Source of the DNA: Octopus vulgaris
Taxonomy: Eukaryota
Assembly: GCA_951406725.2 (NCBI GenBank)
Contig: OX597819.1
Location: 118,296,001-118,360,000 of the forward strand
Reading direction: 5' to 3'
DNA: 64,000 nucleotides
In this document: positions 41,243 through 54,267 of the stretch, piece after piece
How the letters are laid out: every line of letters starts with the position of its first letter
Numbering within the stretch: position 1 is the stretch's first letter
Notes under the pieces: generated by a model
Told to the model about the DNA's origin: nothing
The model's input: the letters and a program-made list of their open reading frames with translations, nothing else
Databases searched by the model: none
Position numbers and translations under genes: made by a program

Positions 41243-41460
41243 AATATTGGTAGAAAAATTTGACACAAGTCCAGTAATTTCAGAGGAGAAGGTAGGGCGA
41301 TTAGATTGGTCCCAATGCTCAGCTAGAACTTATTTCATCGATCAGAAAGAATAAAAGACGAAGTCGACCTCAGCAAAAGTTGAACTCAGATCGTAAAGAC
41401 GAGCGAAATACCACTAACCATTTTGACCGCTGTGTTAACGATTCTGCTAGCTCACCGCCT
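41243..41460 (-). mobile_element. Degenerate SINE family A (A2)
   Basis: AAGTCGACCTCAGC..TTGAACTCAGA...GCGAAATACC...AACGATTCTGCTAGCTCACCGCCT. Confidence 0.75.
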
Positions 41461-42365
41461 TAATAACATCATTAATACTGAGTTGAGGAACTAGCAGTGT
41501 AGCGGAGAAAGTGTGTCAGTTATATAGTTGCGTCACGTTCTGAGTGCAAGACACCGACAGGATAATCTTTGTACTTCTTTGCTGCGGTGTCCATAGAGCA
41601 ATCACACATTGGCATCGATTCAACAGATTTTGATTTGTATAGTCATGCCAAAGGGTCGTCTGCGATAGGTGGGGTGGTGCCTGGTGATGCGAGCTGGTGA
41701 TGGTACTTTAAATGTTTAGGCAGGGATGAAATTCCACTGGACTAAAGTGGTCAGGAGAAAAATACTGAATACAATGATTAAAGGTGTTGTGTTTCGTGTA
41801 AAATGTGGTGGAAGTGTAATCAATTAGTGTGAAGTGTAGAATAGAGGTGATTGAGATGCGCTGGTCGTAATAAGAGGGCAAGTTAGTTCAAAGGAGCAGA
41901 AACCAATACAAGAGTAGAAATGCAAAGAGAAGAGATAGTACAGTTATAGTGAGTGTCTTCATGTCAGTCAGTTGGTCAATAATTAGTTGCTTTATTGTGC
42001 CACTTCCAAGAGCCGTGTGTTTACAATAGGAATCATCGCACATACGAAGAAAGATAGCGTGCTTACGATCTACGAACGAGATTCGAACGCGTGGGTATGA
42101 CATGCTAAAATATATTGGGAATATTCCCAGGCTGTTTTACTTCAGTGCTTCTTTAATAAAATTATTTTCTATACCCTAAAATAGAGAACAAAATGCAAAG
42201 GTGTCACTCTTTCTATTCGTTCGTTAGCATGCTCTGCCGTTCGACACTTTTAGCTTCATTTCTGAAGACCGTTGCTGCTGAAAAACATAGCACATGTGCT
42301 TTTGAAAATAACAGAATACACACATGTACGCATGAGCACACTTACACGCACATAGTTTACATGAT

Positions 42366-42720
<355 letters not shown>

Positions 42721-43259
42721 ATACATATATACGTGTGGTGGGATGAGGGCCAGAGACGGCGAGAGAAAGGAAATGAAAATAGTTATGTCAAGGTTCAATG
42801 TTTGGATTTCGTTTCATGTTTCTTATTAAACAAAAGCAACAATTAGCAGTACAGATTTTCGAAACCCCGAACTAATATAAACGTTATTTACTTTAGTAGC
42901 AAAGTGCAGAGTGTAGAAACAGTGTTCATCCAACTTTAGTTACAGAATAAGCTGTTATAGAATAGGAAGAGACACATAATAGTAGCGACACACACGTGTG
43001 TGGTGTTTACTTGGTTCGTGTGAACGTCTCAACCGTTCGATATAATGTACAAAGAAAATAATGGACTCATCACGAGAATAAATAAAGGTTATATAATTGG
43101 CATACTTAATCAGTTTATAAAAGTGTTATTAATACTTCCATTATCACTTCAAAACAATCACTCGATCCCCAGAGATTAAATTTTTCTGTTAAATTATGAA
43201 GCTGTACGTTTATGCAAAACCTATGGCCGGTGTGTGTGTGTGCACGTAAGTGTGCATAC

Positions 43260-43334
<75 letters not shown>

Positions 43335-43488
43335 GAGTCAATGAATAAAACAAATGGATGTGCTAGAAAATCGATCCCTCATCTCTGAGCATTAAACAAC
43401 AGTCTCTTATTCCAAATTAATTTTCATTGTATCCTTCAATAACATTCATATATCGTTTTCACTCACATGTACGCTTTAACATGTGTAT

Positions 43489-43520
<32 letters not shown>

Positions 43521-44069
43521 CCGTCTCAAATTCACCAAGTATTTAGTAGTAATAGGAATAAGTTGACAGCTTTAATAGTTAGGTATAGAGGTATACATAT
43601 ACAATTACTTATATGTTTTTGATATATAAAAGGTATTGATCGATAAAAAAATAAATAAAACTGCAATGTATAGACAATACAGTTTCGAGACACGTAACTA
43701 TAGCTCTCACACAAGCACACACATACATACATACGTTCGTGCATGCATGCATATATATCTATCTATATATATATATATAGACACATTTGATCTTTTTGTC
43801 TGGTTGTAATAACGAGGAAAATATTATTCATTGCAGAATTTAACAAAACAGCGATGAGTCACGAGAAACGTGACAATATTTATATGTATAGCTTCAATTG
43901 TATACGATAATTTTGTCCATAATACATTCCCAATATATCTGTGTACATATATGTGTTTTTGTATGGAAAGCTTGTCACAATAAAACTACAGACACGAAAT
44001 ACTAAGAAAATAATAGACAAAATAATTCAAAAGCATATATATATATATATATAAATATAGTTTTCAGAA

Positions 44070-44358
44070 TTTTTTTTTTTTTTTTTTTTTTTTTGGTAAA
44101 TTCAAATACTTACAGATGGCCCCGAGTGCCAACATCCATAGTCCAAGACAGGAAAGTACAGGACAGCGCCGCACATGAATAGGTCTCATTCCACAGCAAC
44201 CCTCGGGCGGTAGGAACACCCCTCCGCACGCCAGTCGGCACATATAGCAGGCAGCTCCACGCTCCACGTCGGTGCCGGCTTCACTTCCAAGAAAACTCTA
44301 GTGCCCAATACACCAGAAAATATCGGTAACTCCTTGGCTAGCCACGCTGCCAACTCAT
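44070..44358 (-). mobile_element. GC-rich poly(A)-tailed retroposed fragment of unknown source
   Basis: T25 at 44070-44094 abuts a ~265-bp GC-rich segment sharply bounded by AT-rich DNA. Confidence 0.6.
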
Positions 44359-45724
44359 GAATATTTTTCATATGTTTTCCTTCTTGTGTGTTTTCTTATA
44401 TATGTACATATACTTTATAAATAACAATTATTTTAAACTTCCATTTCTGTTTCAAATCCTATCTTTTCCACTTTTTCTTCGATGGTCTGCCACACCACGA
44501 ACTCAATATTTTTTTTACATTATATCTTTTGATAGGATATTCGTAGCATTTGTGCACATGTGTGTGTAATGTGTATATATTTCTGTATATATGTAAATAA
44601 ATGGATTGTATGTTTATAGGATAGAGAGACAAAGTAAGATCGATAACAAGATTACTAACGGATAAAGACACGAATATACGCTACGGAAGAACAAGACTGA
44701 TTTTATGTAAGTGTGTTTGTGTATGTACGTGTTTTATATATATATACATATATATATATGTATATATATATATATGTTGGAAGCAAATATCAAATTTAAT
44801 CTGTTTAATTAAAATCGTATATTTAATCAACAATTAAACGCAGCGGAAATAAAGATGCGATGAGTCCGTACATAAAAAATGTTGGGTAGAAAAATATATC
44901 TTTCCAGGTTAGCTTCTCGTCAAAATATACTTATGTGTACTTAGGAATATGCAACCAATCTAACTATAATTGGATATATTAATCCTAAATCAATAGTGTG
45001 TGTGTGTGTGTATTTGTGTGCATATATATATATATGGTTATGTGTGTTTGTATCAATGGGTTTATGAATAAATGTATTCAAATGTGAATGTTTTAACAAT
45101 ATCTAATATTAATCTATTGAGCAACATATAAATAAAAACTGTAACTAAAAAAGAACTTGTTTAGACAAACCAAGAACAAAAAATTATAAAGGTCGTGAAT
45201 CCGTTGTTAGTATTAACATTTACCCCTTATTTGTAATACTATTTGGTAAACTTTAACTATATGTGGGCTTCACAGACACGTTTGTGATATTTGTTTCATA
45301 TTGTTTTTAGAAGAAGCCACGATTATACCGGCTGTTAAGCGTGCGATAAATTCCATAATGATAATAATTGTATCGAGGGCATCACGTTGTGGGGAGTAAG
45401 GGTGGTGGTGATGGTAGTGGTGTTGTTTGAGTTGTTAGTGCTGATTGGTTCTCGTTGTGCTGATGATGGTGATGTTAGTGGTGGTGGAGGTGGTAGAAAA
45501 GAAGTGGTAGTAGTTAGTGAAGCGAGAGAATGCGTGTGTATATAACTGCTGTTGCTCTTGTTATTAATAATATAAGTGGAACGAATGAGAGTTTTGTTTG
45601 TTGTTCATATTTGCGGTTTTTTTTACTGTTGAGAAACCACATAAAGTTGTATTACAGTTGTTGCAGCTTACATAGCGATTTGTTGTCTGTAGCAGTTGAT
45701 ATCTTTGTAGTAGTTCGTTAGCCT

Positions 45725-45821
45725 CTGGTCAGCCCTGATCGAGCAGAGCCATGATCAAAGATAATCCAGTCGTGACCATTCCATCTCGTTTTCGCCAGTC
45801 ACTGGTTAACAGGACTCTGTG

Positions 45822-45857
<36 letters not shown>

Positions 45858-45940
45858 CTTGAAACCTTAGGGGGCAATTCGTGTCTAAGGGTGTAAATTC
45901 AGCTGTTATTTCCAGTAAGTCGGACCACCACAGAGACGAT
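45725..45940 (-). repeat. Ancient dispersed repeat family D
   Basis: GGTCAGCCCTGATCGAGCAGAGCCATGATCAAAG...CCAGTCGTGACCAT...CAGCTGTTATTTCCAG; homologous to 47435-47645 and 48400-48615; strand label is relative to the 19090 copies. Confidence 0.65.
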
Positions 45941-46826
45941 TCGCTGGTACCCGTTACCTTTGTTGATGTTACTCGTTACGGTAACCATGAAAGGAGCGAG
46001 AAAATGAATGAGAGAAAAATACAGTGAAAGAAGGAAGGTGTAAGAGAAACAGACAGATAGACGGTTAGTTAGGCTGGGTGAGAGAGAATGAGTGAGAGAG
46101 AGAGGGAGGTAAGAGTAGTGGTGAGAGGAGGATTGAATAACTGAACGTTACACACGAGATAAGGTGCGAGTGGGTGCACAAGGAAAGAAAGGGGATTACA
46201 CACCTACTTCTGCTAGTAATAAGTATTCATTTGGACGAATTTGTCATATCTGTTGGTGTTGTTGCTCTCCTTACCCTTGTGTTAGAAGTAATATGTAAGT
46301 AGCTGTGCAGTTGTAGCATTTAATAATGATTGCAGTGTTATTCAGAGTTCCTGTTGTCGTTTAGCCTGGAGTCAACTCTTGGTGGAACTCACTTACGACG
46401 AGTAGCATTGTTTCCAATCGTAAAAAAAAAGCCTGTATATATTTATAATTATAATTACTATTACTTTTGTTTTCAATTTTCAGCCAGTTTATTATTATAT
46501 CCAGGACTTCAATATATTATCATTTACCATTTCGTTTTTTTTTTTTTTGTTATGTAGTTTGTAAAAGATTTGGCTGCTCCTTCTAGCGACTCAGTTGTTG
46601 CACTCGTGAATAACCAAAAAGTGTGTTTATATTTGTTTTGCTTTCTCTTATTTCTCTCCTTTCCTCGCTTTTCTGCACGACTAGGCAATCACTATTGAGT
46701 CTAAAGCTCCGATGCACGCACGCATAGGCATCTCCAACTAAGACGGATACTGAAGTGGCTGCGAACGACTGAAAAGATGAGCTTGTTTTATGTTACCGTC
46801 TGCACACATCCCTATTCATGCAGCAC

Positions 46827-46883
<57 letters not shown>

Positions 46884-48014
46884 GCGTGTATGTGTGGTCT
46901 TCAGCCTTTCTTTCTCGCTCACTTAACGACTTGTTTTTATATACATACATACACATAAATACATTCAAACTTGTGTCTATTCATATATGAACAGTTTAAA
47001 ACATTCCACGCATCAGGGAATTTGCCTGACTTAAAAGATTCCTATTGCATGTCCTATATAGACGAATAGAAAATAATAATATTATAAAAAAAAGAAACAG
47101 CCGAAAGACAGACGCCTAAATGAGCAGGAAATATGAAATAGTTGGAACGATAGACATACAAATTAAGCGATTGAAAGATAGCTAAAAGAATATGCTTAAT
47201 TAGCAATCAACGTCTCTCTCTTTCTCTCTCTCTCGGGATATGTCTGTGTGTGCGCGCTTGTATATATATATATATATATGCGTGTATGTGTGTGTGTGTT
47301 ATCGTTCTGTGTTAAGCGTGTATATGTCTTAAGCGGGTGTGTATGAATAAATCGTGTTTGCATTAGATATTTTCCTAAATATCGTGAGTGTTGGTAATGG
47401 CATTTCAATTATTGTTGTTGCTCTTTTTAGCTCCAAGGCAGCCCTAAATGTGCATAGCTATGTGGAAACGCACATAGACCAAAAAAAATAAAAGAAAAAA
47501 AACACCTTAGCAAAGACGTCTTCTTACAGGTATCTACCGTTACATTATCCAACGTGTTCGTTTCTCTCCTCGGGTAGTGGAATGCGATTCGTGGGAGATT
47601 TGGTTCCTATATCTAGCAAGTGGACCAGCATTGTAAAGGCTCCATCATAGGGTGTTTCCGTTTGGCGTATGAAATTCCAATCTCTATACAATTTTTTTTT
47701 TCGTTTGCTTTCTTCTTCTATTTCTATTTTCTATATGCCTGCGCCTCGTATTTCGTATTTCTTTCTTCCTTCCATCAGCTCTTTTGCATCAGAAACATTC
47801 CAAGCATTTTTTCGCATGCGAAAAAAAAAAAGATCAACAAATAATAATAATAATAATTATAATAATGATAGTAATAATAATACTAATGACAATATTGAAA
47901 GAAAAACTAACGAAATATTAAAATAAATTATCAAATAATAAATAATAAAAATAATAAAAACACTACCGAGGCCCTCCTTAACCCGGCGCTCGGTTGTATT
48001 AGCAGCACTGCCTA

Positions 48015-48171
48015 CAGTAACGGTAATAGTAATAGCAGTGGTAGTAATAGCAGTAGTAGTAGTAGTATTTGTTGTTGTTTTTCAGAGTAATGGGCAGCGT
48101 AGTAGCTGCTAAGTTGTAGTTGACGCAGCAGTAATAGTAACAACGGGTGTATTGATGTTGATGATAGTAGC

Positions 48172-48216
<45 letters not shown>

Positions 48217-48238
48217 GGTGGTGGTGGTGGTGGTAGTT
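48015..48238. repeat. (AGT)n/(GGT)n trinucleotide low-complexity tract
   Basis: Direct inspection. Confidence 0.9.
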
Positions 48239-48916
48239 CTCGCAATGTCAGCAGTGGCAGCGATAGTACATACAGATCAGAGTCGACCTTGTATCGCGTT
48301 TCATGTAGGAATACGTGCTAAATGTTTTACGCTTGTTACAAGTGTACGATGTTGTTATTGTTATCACCGTCTTCCTTCTTATTGTTATCATTTAACCCCA
48401 GGTCAGTCGTGATAGAATTGAACTACAATGAATGAATGACATTCCATTTGTGAACATCTCGCCTATTGAAATAGATTTCTTTGTTGTGTTGTTTTTGTTG
48501 TTGTTGTTGGTATTCTTTTAATTATATTAATCTACGGACTCCTTCTTCGATTAATACAATAGGATATAAGTTAGAATGGATTTGGCTGTTACTTTCAGGA
48601 AGTCAAACGACCACATGTTCGGAAATATCATTTGCATCTGCATTTCATAATTATTGCGGATATTATTTGTATTATTGGTATTGTTATTTTTATTGTTATT
48701 GCAAATAGAGTTGATTAGCAACTCTACTTTAGACTGATTAAGCAGATGTAGGATTTCAGCGCTCCAGATGTGACCCTCTCATATTCGATTCAACCAATGT
48801 ATCCAGGATTATACATTTCATCAAATAGATATTTTTTTTAAATTGTAAGTTGCATTGCAAAAAAAAAGGGAACCAGACACACGTCCAGCATTTTCGTCCT
48901 CATAATTTTCATCAGC

Positions 48917-49302
48917 TCCATCATCATCATCATAATCATCATCATCATCACCATCACCATCATAATCATTATCATCACCATCATCACCATCACCATCATC
49001 ATCATCATCATCATAATCATAATCATCATCATTATCATCATCATCATCATCATCATCACCACCATCACCATCTCCGTCATCGTCATTAACATCATCTCGT
49101 AATCATCAACACCATCATCATCTTTACCACCACTACCATCATCATCATCATCGTCGACGTCATTTGCCGTTATTATCAGCAACAAGCAAACTGTCCCTGT
49201 CGTTGGCGACGTTACTATCAACAGAGCGCCGCTTCATTCGTCACCGACATCATCATCATCATCATCATCATCATAAATAACCATCGTCATCATCATCATC
49301 AG
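48917..49302. repeat. (CAT)n-rich compound microsatellite
   Basis: Long CAT/CAC/AAT arrays; source of the spurious poly-His and poly-Met ORFs. Confidence 0.9.
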
Positions 49303-49940
49303 CCGCAGCATCATGTGTCATTGTTGACATTCAGAGCGATGTAATAACATTTATTTTCGTGCAACATTGCATCGTGCATTTTGATAATGTTTTGAAACGG
49401 TGCCCGCGCGACATATAACGAAATAGCAGCGGCAGCAGCAGCAGCTGCAGAAATGGTGGTGGTGGTGACGGCGGTGGCAGCGAGAATGGTGTTGGTCGTG
49501 GTAGTACAAGTCGGGCAGCCTTCAATTGTAAACTAATCCCATGTAAATGTAATGTAATGTGTGTCTGTATATATGTATGTATGTATGTGTGTCTGCAAAC
49601 ACACATACACACGCATACATCCACGTTGTCCTATTGCGCTATTGTTCCTGTACATTGCTGATGTTGTTAGTGGAGTTCAGCCACAGGTCAGCCATAGCTT
49701 CAGCACACCTTATCTTGCAATGGTATTTCTCTCCTGGACCACTGCGTTCCAGTTAGAGATAACAAAAGTAATTCTCCAATGTATTATTTTTACTTGCTAA
49801 AACGCAAAGGGTTTTACTTGACTGAAAATTCTGATCCTATTTCTAATTATTTATAAAAGCAGACAGTCTTATCTCTTAATTTGTTAACAGTTTTCACCCC
49901 CTATATGTATGAATATATAGAAGAATGTGTGTGTATTGAA

Positions 49941-50269
49941 GGCGGCGAGCTAGCAGAAACGTTAGCACGCCGGGCGAAATGCGTAGCTGTATTTCGTCTG
50001 TCGTTATGTTCTGAGTTCAAATTCCGTCGAAGTCGAGTTTGCCTTTCATCCTTTCGGGGTCGATTAAATAAGTACCAGTTACGCACTGGAGTCGATGTAA
50101 TCTACTTAATCCGCTTGTCTGTCCTTGTTTGTCCCCTCTATGTTTAGCCCCTTGCGGGTAGTAAAGAAATAGGTATTTCGTCTGCCGCTACGTTCTGAGT
50201 TCGAATTCCGCCGAAGTCGACTTTGCCTTTCATCCATTCGGGGTCGATAAATTAAGTACCAATTACGCA
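49941..50269 (+). mobile_element. SINE family A: head, body and 3'-truncated second body
   Basis: Junction AAAGAAATA|GGTATTTCG at 50171/50172, identical to 1791/1792. Confidence 0.92.
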
Positions 50270-50950
50270 ATGAATGTGTATAAGTAGGTAAACATCGGAA
50301 GTTGTACATTTTTTTCTGGGAAACATCCCTTTGTAAACGTATTGTGTTAAATAAGAAAAATAAATATAATTTAGTGCTAGACATACGAAATGAGAGATAA
50401 GTATTTCGCCGTTATTGCGGCTTATCATTACCACTTACTCGTGTCACTTCCGAAGCAAAAATCTAGTCTGAAGTACGCTACAGACAGTGTGTAAACTATT
50501 CATTGATTTGCAAAGGTATCGCAAAAACAAACGAAATTCGGATTATGCAATGGAAGCAGTTTTATTTGTTAAATTTCTATTGATAGTTGAGTATGTTTAA
50601 AGAGAAAAACTGTGATTTTCTTCAGGGGAAAATTTCCTTTCTTCAGGAGAATTTCCCGTTACAAAACACAATGAGCTTCAGAGCTCTGAAGTATATTTAT
50701 ATTTTAACGATTAAAAAAAATAGAATTCGGGCATTTTAAGTTCTTACATGAGACAAATTGATAAGTTCAATAATTAGTGACGTTACTAGTTCTTATAACT
50801 CAAACTAATATATTATTAGACATCCGATCATAGCTAACCTGAATTAAGATCAGTTAATTAAATTAGGAATTATGCTCCAAAGTAACTATTATGAGATGCA
50901 TAAATACTTAGGTGTAATTTACAGCAGAAATTTATAGCAGAAAATTTTGC

Positions 50951-51321
50951 ATCTTTTTACTTGTGTCAGTCATTTGATTACGGCCATGCTGGGGCAAAGC
51001 CTTGAGGGATTTCTTGTCGAATTTATTGCCCATAGTACTTCATTTTTTAAGCCCGGTGCATATTCTGTCGTTTCTTTTGCCGAAATGCTATTTTGCAGGA
51101 ACGTAAACACAGCAACATCGGTTGACAAGTGCTTGTGGAGAACAAAGACAGGCACAAAGACACACAGAGACACACAAGCACACACACATATATTATATTT
51201 TATGGGTTTCTTTCAGGTTGCATCTACGAAATCTATCCACAAGGTGCTACTCAGTGGGAGCGAAATCGGAACCATGTAGTTTGGAACCATGTTTCTTATC
51301 ACTCAACTGCATTTTGCGCCT
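50951..51321 (-). mobile_element. Degenerate family B SINE
   Basis: TTTTACTTGTGTCAGTCATTTGATTACGGCCATGCTGG...TTTTGCCGAA...GGAACCATG. Confidence 0.75.
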
Positions 51322-52108
51322 CTGCACACAGTCACGTCTGCACCAACCAATGAATTTGATGTAATTTCTCATTAAAATACATTAAAATTTTACTTCACCA
51401 TTAATTATTTTTCTTACTTATCAGCTCTAAGAGTTCCATTTCCAACCGTATTGAATTTCAACCTAATTTCCAACCGTTGCCAATATGTCTCTCAACTATA
51501 ATCACGTGATGTATCCTTTCAGTAAAATATATTTCATATATACAATTATTTGAAAAATTTATTTTGAATAAATTGTATTTAATGCAGTATTATTCAACGT
51601 CCCCCAAGCGGAATTTCACTGATAACACAAATAGGCTATGGTGTTACTGCGATTTTTTTTTTGTTTGTTTTTGAATGCTGTGACTTGTACTCTAAGACCT
51701 CACAGAGTTATTAAATTCGACATTAAACTGCCAACTGCGTTTATTTTTCTCCATGTAAATATCAATTTGCCCCAGTCTGATAAAGATTTATATCTGAAAA
51801 CTAAATATAGGGCAATAAATTATGTGAAGAAATTTGATATATCTCTGCTTTCAGCTATAAATCTCCACTTTCTTGAATGGAGCATGGAATGAAATACATA
51901 CTTTAAAAGCTTTAGGAAGTGTATAGTTCGAGAAAATAACCGATGAATTAAAAGAACAATTAAAACTACAAACCACTACGTATCATAGATTCAGATCGTT
52001 GATTAATATGAAAAATGGGAAAGGAAATACTGTTCTATATTTAAGAGATGAGGAATTATGTACATTACTTATATTCAACGGATATTTGTCTGCATCGTGT
52101 TTGTTGTT

Positions 52109-52154
52109 AACACGATGTTTCGGCTGATATACCCTCCAGCCATCCTCAGGTGTC
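52109..52154 (-). ncRNA. Minimal type-I hammerhead ribozyme motif (Penelope-like), copy 1
   Basis: GACAC-CUGAGGA-U-GGCUG-gaggguauau-CAGCC-GAAA-CAU-C-GUGUU: stem I GACAC/GUGUU, intact CUGANGA and GAAA, 5-bp stem II, UC cleavage site; helix-III palindrome reads ACAU, consistent with decay of ACGU. Confidence 0.75.
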
Positions 52155-52389
52155 TTGGAGAAATTTCGAACCTGGATTCTCATTCCTAAGGTATTTTTCG
52201 ATGTTGTTGTTGTTATTAAGAGCTCGCGCTCTTAATCACTACGCCATGTGCCGTGGGCATAAAGATAAAAGAACATACATATAACAACAAACGGGCAGAC
52301 GGTGTAGTGGTTAAGAGCGCGGGCTACTAAACCCAAGATTACGAGTTCGATTGCAAGCAGTGACCTGAACAGTAGCAATAATAATAAGG

Positions 52390-52428
<39 letters not shown>

Positions 52429-52475
52429 TCGAAAAATACCTTAGGAATGAGAAATCAGGTTCGAAATTTCCCCAA

Positions 52476-52521
52476 GACCCCTGAAAAAGGCTGGAGGGTA
52501 TATGAGCCGAAACTTTGTGTT
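52476..52521 (+). ncRNA. Minimal type-I hammerhead ribozyme motif, copy 2 (degenerate)
   Basis: GACCC-CUGAAAA-A-GGCUG-gaggguauau-GAGCC-GAAA-CUU-U-GUGUU; core G8>A and stem mismatches, probably inactive. Confidence 0.6.
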
Positions 52522-52994
52522 AACAAACAAGATGAGGACAAATATCCGTCGAATGTAAATAATGTGAAAGGAAATAAAAAAGTATTTCATGACAGGTTCT
52601 AAGTTTAGTGGGAATGAGTACTTAAAAAAAAGGCCAGGTGACACATAGCAAATAAATTTACCTCATTGATTTTATAAAAGGGATCTTTTTAAAATGTGCT
52701 CGCGGGGAACGATCGCTCCCCCCCCCCCCCTGCTATACTATTAGCTACGCCATTGATTGGTTGACCATTATTCATCATTATTTATTTCTTTGCTGATACT
52801 CACCTGGATTAATTCACGCAAATACGAATTAATAATAGACTTCGGATTTGCAATTTGCACCTTTGGCTCGGATTATCAACCTATACTGATTAGTATAATA
52901 TTGACTGGACATTATGTTAGCGCTTATTGAGGTATTACTCTGGATTTACTAAATCCAGTTCTCTTTACACACAAACAGACGAACACACACATTT

Positions 52995-53181
52995 TATCTT
53001 TCACTTGTTTCACTCATTGGACTGCAGCCATGCTGGAGCACTGCCTCGCAATATTTTAGTCGAACAAATCAACTCATTCTGGTGGTCATTCGATCAGTTT
53101 CTTTTGCCGACATTTAAGTTACGGAGATATATAAAAATCAAAACCTGCTGTCCAGCGGTAATAAGGGCAAACACATACATA

Positions 53182-53215
<34 letters not shown>

Positions 53216-53355
53216 TTTCTTTTAGTCTCCGTCTATCAAATCCAGTCACACGGCTTGGATCGGCGCAGAGCTGTAGATGAAGACACGTTGTGGAATTGAA
53301 CATAAAACCATGTGCTTTGGAAGCAAGCTTCTTATCACACAGGCATGACTGCACC
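52995..53355 (-). mobile_element. Degenerate family B SINE, head-to-head with a family A copy
   Basis: CTTGTTTCACTCATTGGACTGCAGCCATGCTGGAGCACTGCC...CCGTCTATCAAATCC...AACCATGTG...GCAAGCTTCTTATCACACAG. Confidence 0.8.
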
Positions 53356-53364
53356 TATATATAC

Positions 53365-53596
53365 GCGGCGAGCTGGCAGAAACGTTAGCACGTCGGGCGA
53401 AATGCGTAGCCGTATTTCGTCTGCCGTTAAGTGTTCTGGGTTCAAATTCCGCCGAGGTCGACTTTGCCTTTCATCCTTTCGGGGTCGATAAATTAAGTAC
53501 CAGTTACGCACTGGGGTCGATGTAATCGACTTAATCCCTTTGTCTGTCCTTGTTTGTCCCCTCTATGTTTAGCCCCTTGTGGGTAGTAAAGAAATA
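53365..53596 (+). mobile_element. SINE family A (A1) monomer with TSD
   Basis: Near-consensus copy; TATATATACGCG at 53356-53367 and 53597-53608. Confidence 0.92.
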
Positions 53597-53971
53597 TATA
53601 TATACGCGTGTGGGCATGTATTGAAACATAGTTAGATAAATAGATGCGTAAGGTAAATATTTTTCTTTGCGCACATGCATTCACATTTATGTGTCAATTT
53701 CTATGTAAGAATTTTGCTAATGCAATGTAGAAACACAATCTAATGATTGGATGCAAAGTGCACAATATACTTTGTTGAAGGTCATCTACAATAGGTTGAT
53801 TCGGGACAATTCCTCGTTATACTTGTTCGTTAAAATTTGATAGTTTTAAATAGGAAATATAACCTACTGAAATATTTACCAGCTGCTGAATACATGTGTG
53901 AAACAAAAAACAAACAAAAAACTGGAAGTTGAAGGAGGAGATGAAAATAAAATGAAGGAAGAAAAGAAGCA

Positions 53972-54267
53972 ATGCACCTTCTCCTCGACATACGACCTAT
54001 ACTATTTACGACCACCAGCACTTACGACCACAAAAAATAATAAATAAATAAATCTATTTTCGGATGTCGGGCAGCTGCGCGTATGATGACTATGGTAGCA
54101 TCTGGCAAAGCATGCCACTTACAGACTCAGGCACCCACCGTCTCTCAATCAGTCACTTTCAAGCATCAATTGCATGATAAAAAATAGTGTTACAAAAAAT
54201 GAAGCCGGCATACGAACAGATCGACTTACGACCTGTCAGTTGGTCGTAAGTCGAGGAGAAGGTGCAT
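53972..54267. mobile_element. MITE with 26-bp TIRs and subterminal TACGACC repeats (pogo/Tigger-like)
   Basis: ATGCACCTTCTCCTCGACATACGACC (53972-53997) versus GGTCGTAAGTCGAGGAGAAGGTGCAT (54242-54267), 1 mismatch; internal TTACGACC near 54006, 54022 and 54226. Confidence 0.85.

Larger units (their letters stand above)
52030..52565. mobile_element. Head-to-head inverted pair of a tRNA-headed, hammerhead-bearing retroposon with 11-bp TSD
   Basis: Minus copy ~52030-52252 (internally deleted) and plus copy ~52293-52565 are reverse complements; GAAAGGAAATA at 52019-52029 and 52566-52576; the plus copy has GGTGTAGTGGTTAAG (A-box) and GAGTTCGATT (B-box), then (AAT)n and a tail. Confidence 0.85.

Noticed and set aside
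48838-49221. Poly-His and poly-Met ORFs
   Set aside because: Translation of the (CAT)n microsatellite; no flanking coding signal
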